A stretch of DNA of 64,000 bases, taken from the NCBI RefSeq assembly GCF_006345805.1, contig NW_021833418.1, positions 23,445 through 87,444 on the forward strand, in the 5' to 3' direction. Each line of letters opens with the position of its first letter. The stretch's first letter is position 1. Shown here one piece after another: positions 61,323-64,000 of this stretch. A model generated the notes under the pieces. It ran no database searches. It was given only the letters and a program-made list of their open reading frames with translations, and was not told the DNA's origin. The translations under genes were made by a program, and so were the position numbers. This stretch comes from Octopus sinensis (Eukaryota).

Positions 61323-64000
61323 ATGTTTCGAATGGTAGCTTTGAATTTTCTAATTTCGTCTTAGAATCATATAAGTATGACAACTGTGGTGACCATACCC
61401 TATCTTGGAAGGGTTGTTCTTGCTGCAGATAGCAGAGTAACCCAAGATGCGAATACTCCCAACAAAAGCTGTAATAAATTGTCGGACTAACAAATTAGAT
61501 AATGACAGGTCAAACAAAATATTTCAAATTACGAACAACTCAACTATTGGGTTCACGGGGAACATGCACGTTTATGAGAAATTGTTGGGTGCATGTCGTC
61601 TTAATTATTTGTATTTTTCTGATTAATTTGTGTCACAGGCTGGATAATGCCCTGGGTTGGATAATACCCCCTTAAAATTTTTTTTAAAATCAAACGAAAA
61701 TAACCTGATAATTAATTAAAAATAACTTGATAATGGAATTAAGTCGATTTATTCAATTTTTTATCAATTTTTTGATTGAAAGAATTTTTCAAAGAGTCGG
61801 CATCACCAATTTTTCCGAATTATTTATTTATTTATTAACTCCAAGATCACCGAGAAAGATAGGTCAGAACTAACTAATTAGGTGATCCCTGCCTCCAACC
61901 ACAGCCGTACTTTCCTTACATGATCTTCTGATGACCCGACCGTAATCCGGAAAAGCCTTTTTCCGAATCAATAACGTATTTTATTATAATTATACAATTT
62001 TTTGGGTCTACCATTTAAAAACAAATATTAAAAATTCATGAATTTTTATTATATAAAAATTTTTTATAAGAGTCATATTTTTTTATACGACTTTTGTGTA
62101 CATATTTGGATGATTCGTCATTAAGATCTTTAAGTACGCACTTCTCTTTATCAACCTCCGATATTTCATATATAGTGGAATCAATCTGATCGTATATGGG
62201 GTATTTTCGGTTATTTGAATTCGCATCAATATCATGTCTCAGTAGGACATTATCTCCTACGGCTACATCTTCATCAAATTTCCATTTCCGCCTCCTTTTC
62301 ATTTTTTCTCCAGAATTTCTTGATAGAAGTCTTTATAGCTTCCAAAAGACCCATTTGAGGCACTAGTTGAGCTAATCCACCTTTTGATCGATTGATTGAA
62401 TCTAAAGATAAATTTACAAATAACTTGTCTTTCTACTACCCTGAATCCATGGTGCTTTAGGGCGTCCACTTATGTGTATGATTTTCAGATCATTACACAT
62501 TGTTTCCATACATTTGTTCTTAAATTCTTTCCCATTATCCGTCTGTAGAATAAATAAGGGACCATTTCCTTTCTCAATATCGAAACCAACTTATCTCTTC
62601 CAAAATGTGTCCTCATATGTTCAATCTATAATAATTATGTAACGATCACCTCGATAGTTTTTAGTTTAAGTTCCTTTTCTTCTTTGGGAAAAAAGCGTAA
62701 CCTCTGGTTTTTGTATTTTATGTATACTATCCCTTCCTCCTCGAAAGTTAACTGTTCTGCTAATTTTCTGTGTCTTTTCTTTTCCGATTTCTGAAATCGG
62801 TCAATATAAAAAACATCTATTTGAATATTTTTGATTACTTCAAGTTCATCTTTGGTAAAGTTGAGTAAAACCATTTCTGGAATATAGATTTGATCAAATA
62901 TACTTATTATTTTTTCACCGGGTCATACAAACCCCATGTGCATGCAAAGCGGAAACAAGGAGCGAAAATCCTAAAAGGACTGAGGCGTTTTTGTCTAAGC
63001 GCAGAAACGTTTCTACACATCTACCAGACTTGTGTTCAGCCACTAATAATCTATGGCTCGGAGGGCTGGTACCAAATGATGAAAGGGACCTTCTAATCGC
63101 CAAACTCGAAAAAACCAGACGATTTGCCATCAAACTGGCATTCGGCCTGGAGCTCAGCAGTCCGCTGGAAGACCTGCATGAGCGGAGTTTGACACGATTG
63201 ACGCGATCCTGGCAAAAACTCGAACTCGCTGAGGGAGATAAGACAGTCTCCTGGGGCAAAACCGAAGTTGAGACTTTCGTGGCTCTCGTTATCAGCCCCC
63301 TAAGCTCTAATTCCTCGGCCACTTTTCTTTTGGACCTATTGTAATAAATAAACCATATTCATTCATTCATTATTTTTTCAAATTTGAAAACTTGGATAAC
63401 CAAAACAAATTTTCACGCTAGATTAATTTGAAAAAAAACTTTAATAAATTACTAAAATAATTAAGAAAATCAAAAAATCTAATCATAATTAATTTGAAAA
63501 ATATTTATTTTTTTAAAATAACGTTGAGGGGGCATTATCCAACCCAGGGCATTATCCAGCCGGTGACAATTTGTTATTTAGATTCGACCATAATGTGGAT
63601 CCAGGAAATTTGGTAATGTTCATTCATGGAATTTTGGCAAATTATACACTTCCAATTCTATTGTCGGTATATTTTATTTTTTTATATTTTTAGGCCGTGA
63701 TTCTTGTATGTGTTTTCACAGGTGGAATCTATACAATTAAAATTGATTCCTTTATTCCTTTTATGGGATCTGGACAAAACTCGGCATTTCAGTGGGTATT
63801 CGCACAGTATTTTTGTATAATTATTGGCAGTCACCTCGGAGTATTGATAACGCAAAGTGAGGCGATTAAAATAGCCCACGATGCTATAAAACATGCAGCG
63901 CAAAAGGACCGATTCACAGAAGGATTTTCCCAAAGTATATTTTAATGAATAATATCTTAGTTCACACAATATCTTTATTTGGAATTAGTTTAGTGGGGAC
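61323..64000 (+). CDS. Divergent proteasome beta-type (Ntn-hydrolase) subunit, runs off the window end
   Basis: Exons 61323-61334, 61365-61470, 61499-61610, 63582-63666, 63694 onward (probable further 24- and 26-nt introns): MFRMNHISM-TTVVTIPYLGRVVLAADSRVT...YNDRSNKIFQITNNSTIGFTG...PFMGSGQNSA...TQSEAIKIAHDAIKHAAQKDRFTEG. No stops or frameshifts in the model. Confidence 0.8.
61631..63568 (-). mobile_element. Ginger/TDD-like integrase DNA transposon inside a micro-intron
   Basis: TGT...ACA termini, ~45-bp TIRs (TGTCAC.GGCTGGATAATGCCCTGGGTTGGATAAT.CCCCCT), 5-bp TSD ATTTG; decayed integrase with ILQTDNGKEFKN. Confidence 0.9.
62900..63372 (+). mobile_element. L2-like LINE 3' end nested in the Ginger element
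   Basis: HIYQTCVQPLIIYGSEGWY...IAKLEKTRRFAIKL, ending aataaataaaccatattcattcattcatt. Confidence 0.7.

Noticed and set aside
61323-61610. Bacterial HslV gene from contamination or recent transfer (MTTVV start)
   Set aside because: It has spliceosomal micro-introns and the proteasome-type ADSR and KD.FT.G motifs rather than HslV GDGQ and DICIYTN.
63697-63945. Stand-alone membrane protein ORF as listed in the ORF track
   Set aside because: Better explained as the last exons of the proteasome beta-type gene (GSG; EAIKIAHDAIKHAAQKD).

Overview
Eukaryotic, most likely animal, DNA from a compact genome with extremely short spliceosomal introns (mostly 20-30 nt). The ORF track therefore fragments or misses most real genes; all gene models below were spliced by hand. 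Islands of GC-richer housekeeping genes (PSMB2, SKP1, HADHB, HSPA4/Hsp110, CERT1, a PLC-beta-like gene, a calmodulin/MLC-like gene, USP8-like, an Arf, RPL34) sit in AT-rich DNA packed with mostly decayed and nested transposons: Tc1, IS630-like, pogo, hAT, a Ginger-like integrase element, and RLE, RTE and L2/CR1-type non-LTR retroelements. Micro-introns at ancestral animal positions suggest a reduced parasite such as a dicyemid; this is an inference, and myxozoan or orthonectid origins are not excluded. Highlights absent from, or only fragmentary in, the ORF track: (1) two tandem genes encoding classic prepro precursors of amidated amphipathic antimicrobial/cytolytic-type peptides (15806-16732); (2) a divergent, apparently catalytic proteasome beta-subunit gene with a 1.9-kb transposon inside a 28-nt intron, plus a pseudogenised tandem copy (59846-64000); (3) a perfect 7-unit heat-shock element in the only long PSMB2 intron; (4) a G-rich to C-rich skew switch along housekeeping genes; (5) a 10x16-aa repeat expansion between the FFAT motif and START domain of CERT; (6) a full-length RLE retrotransposon flanked by a 430-bp direct repeat. 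No rRNA, tRNA or CRISPR array was recognised.
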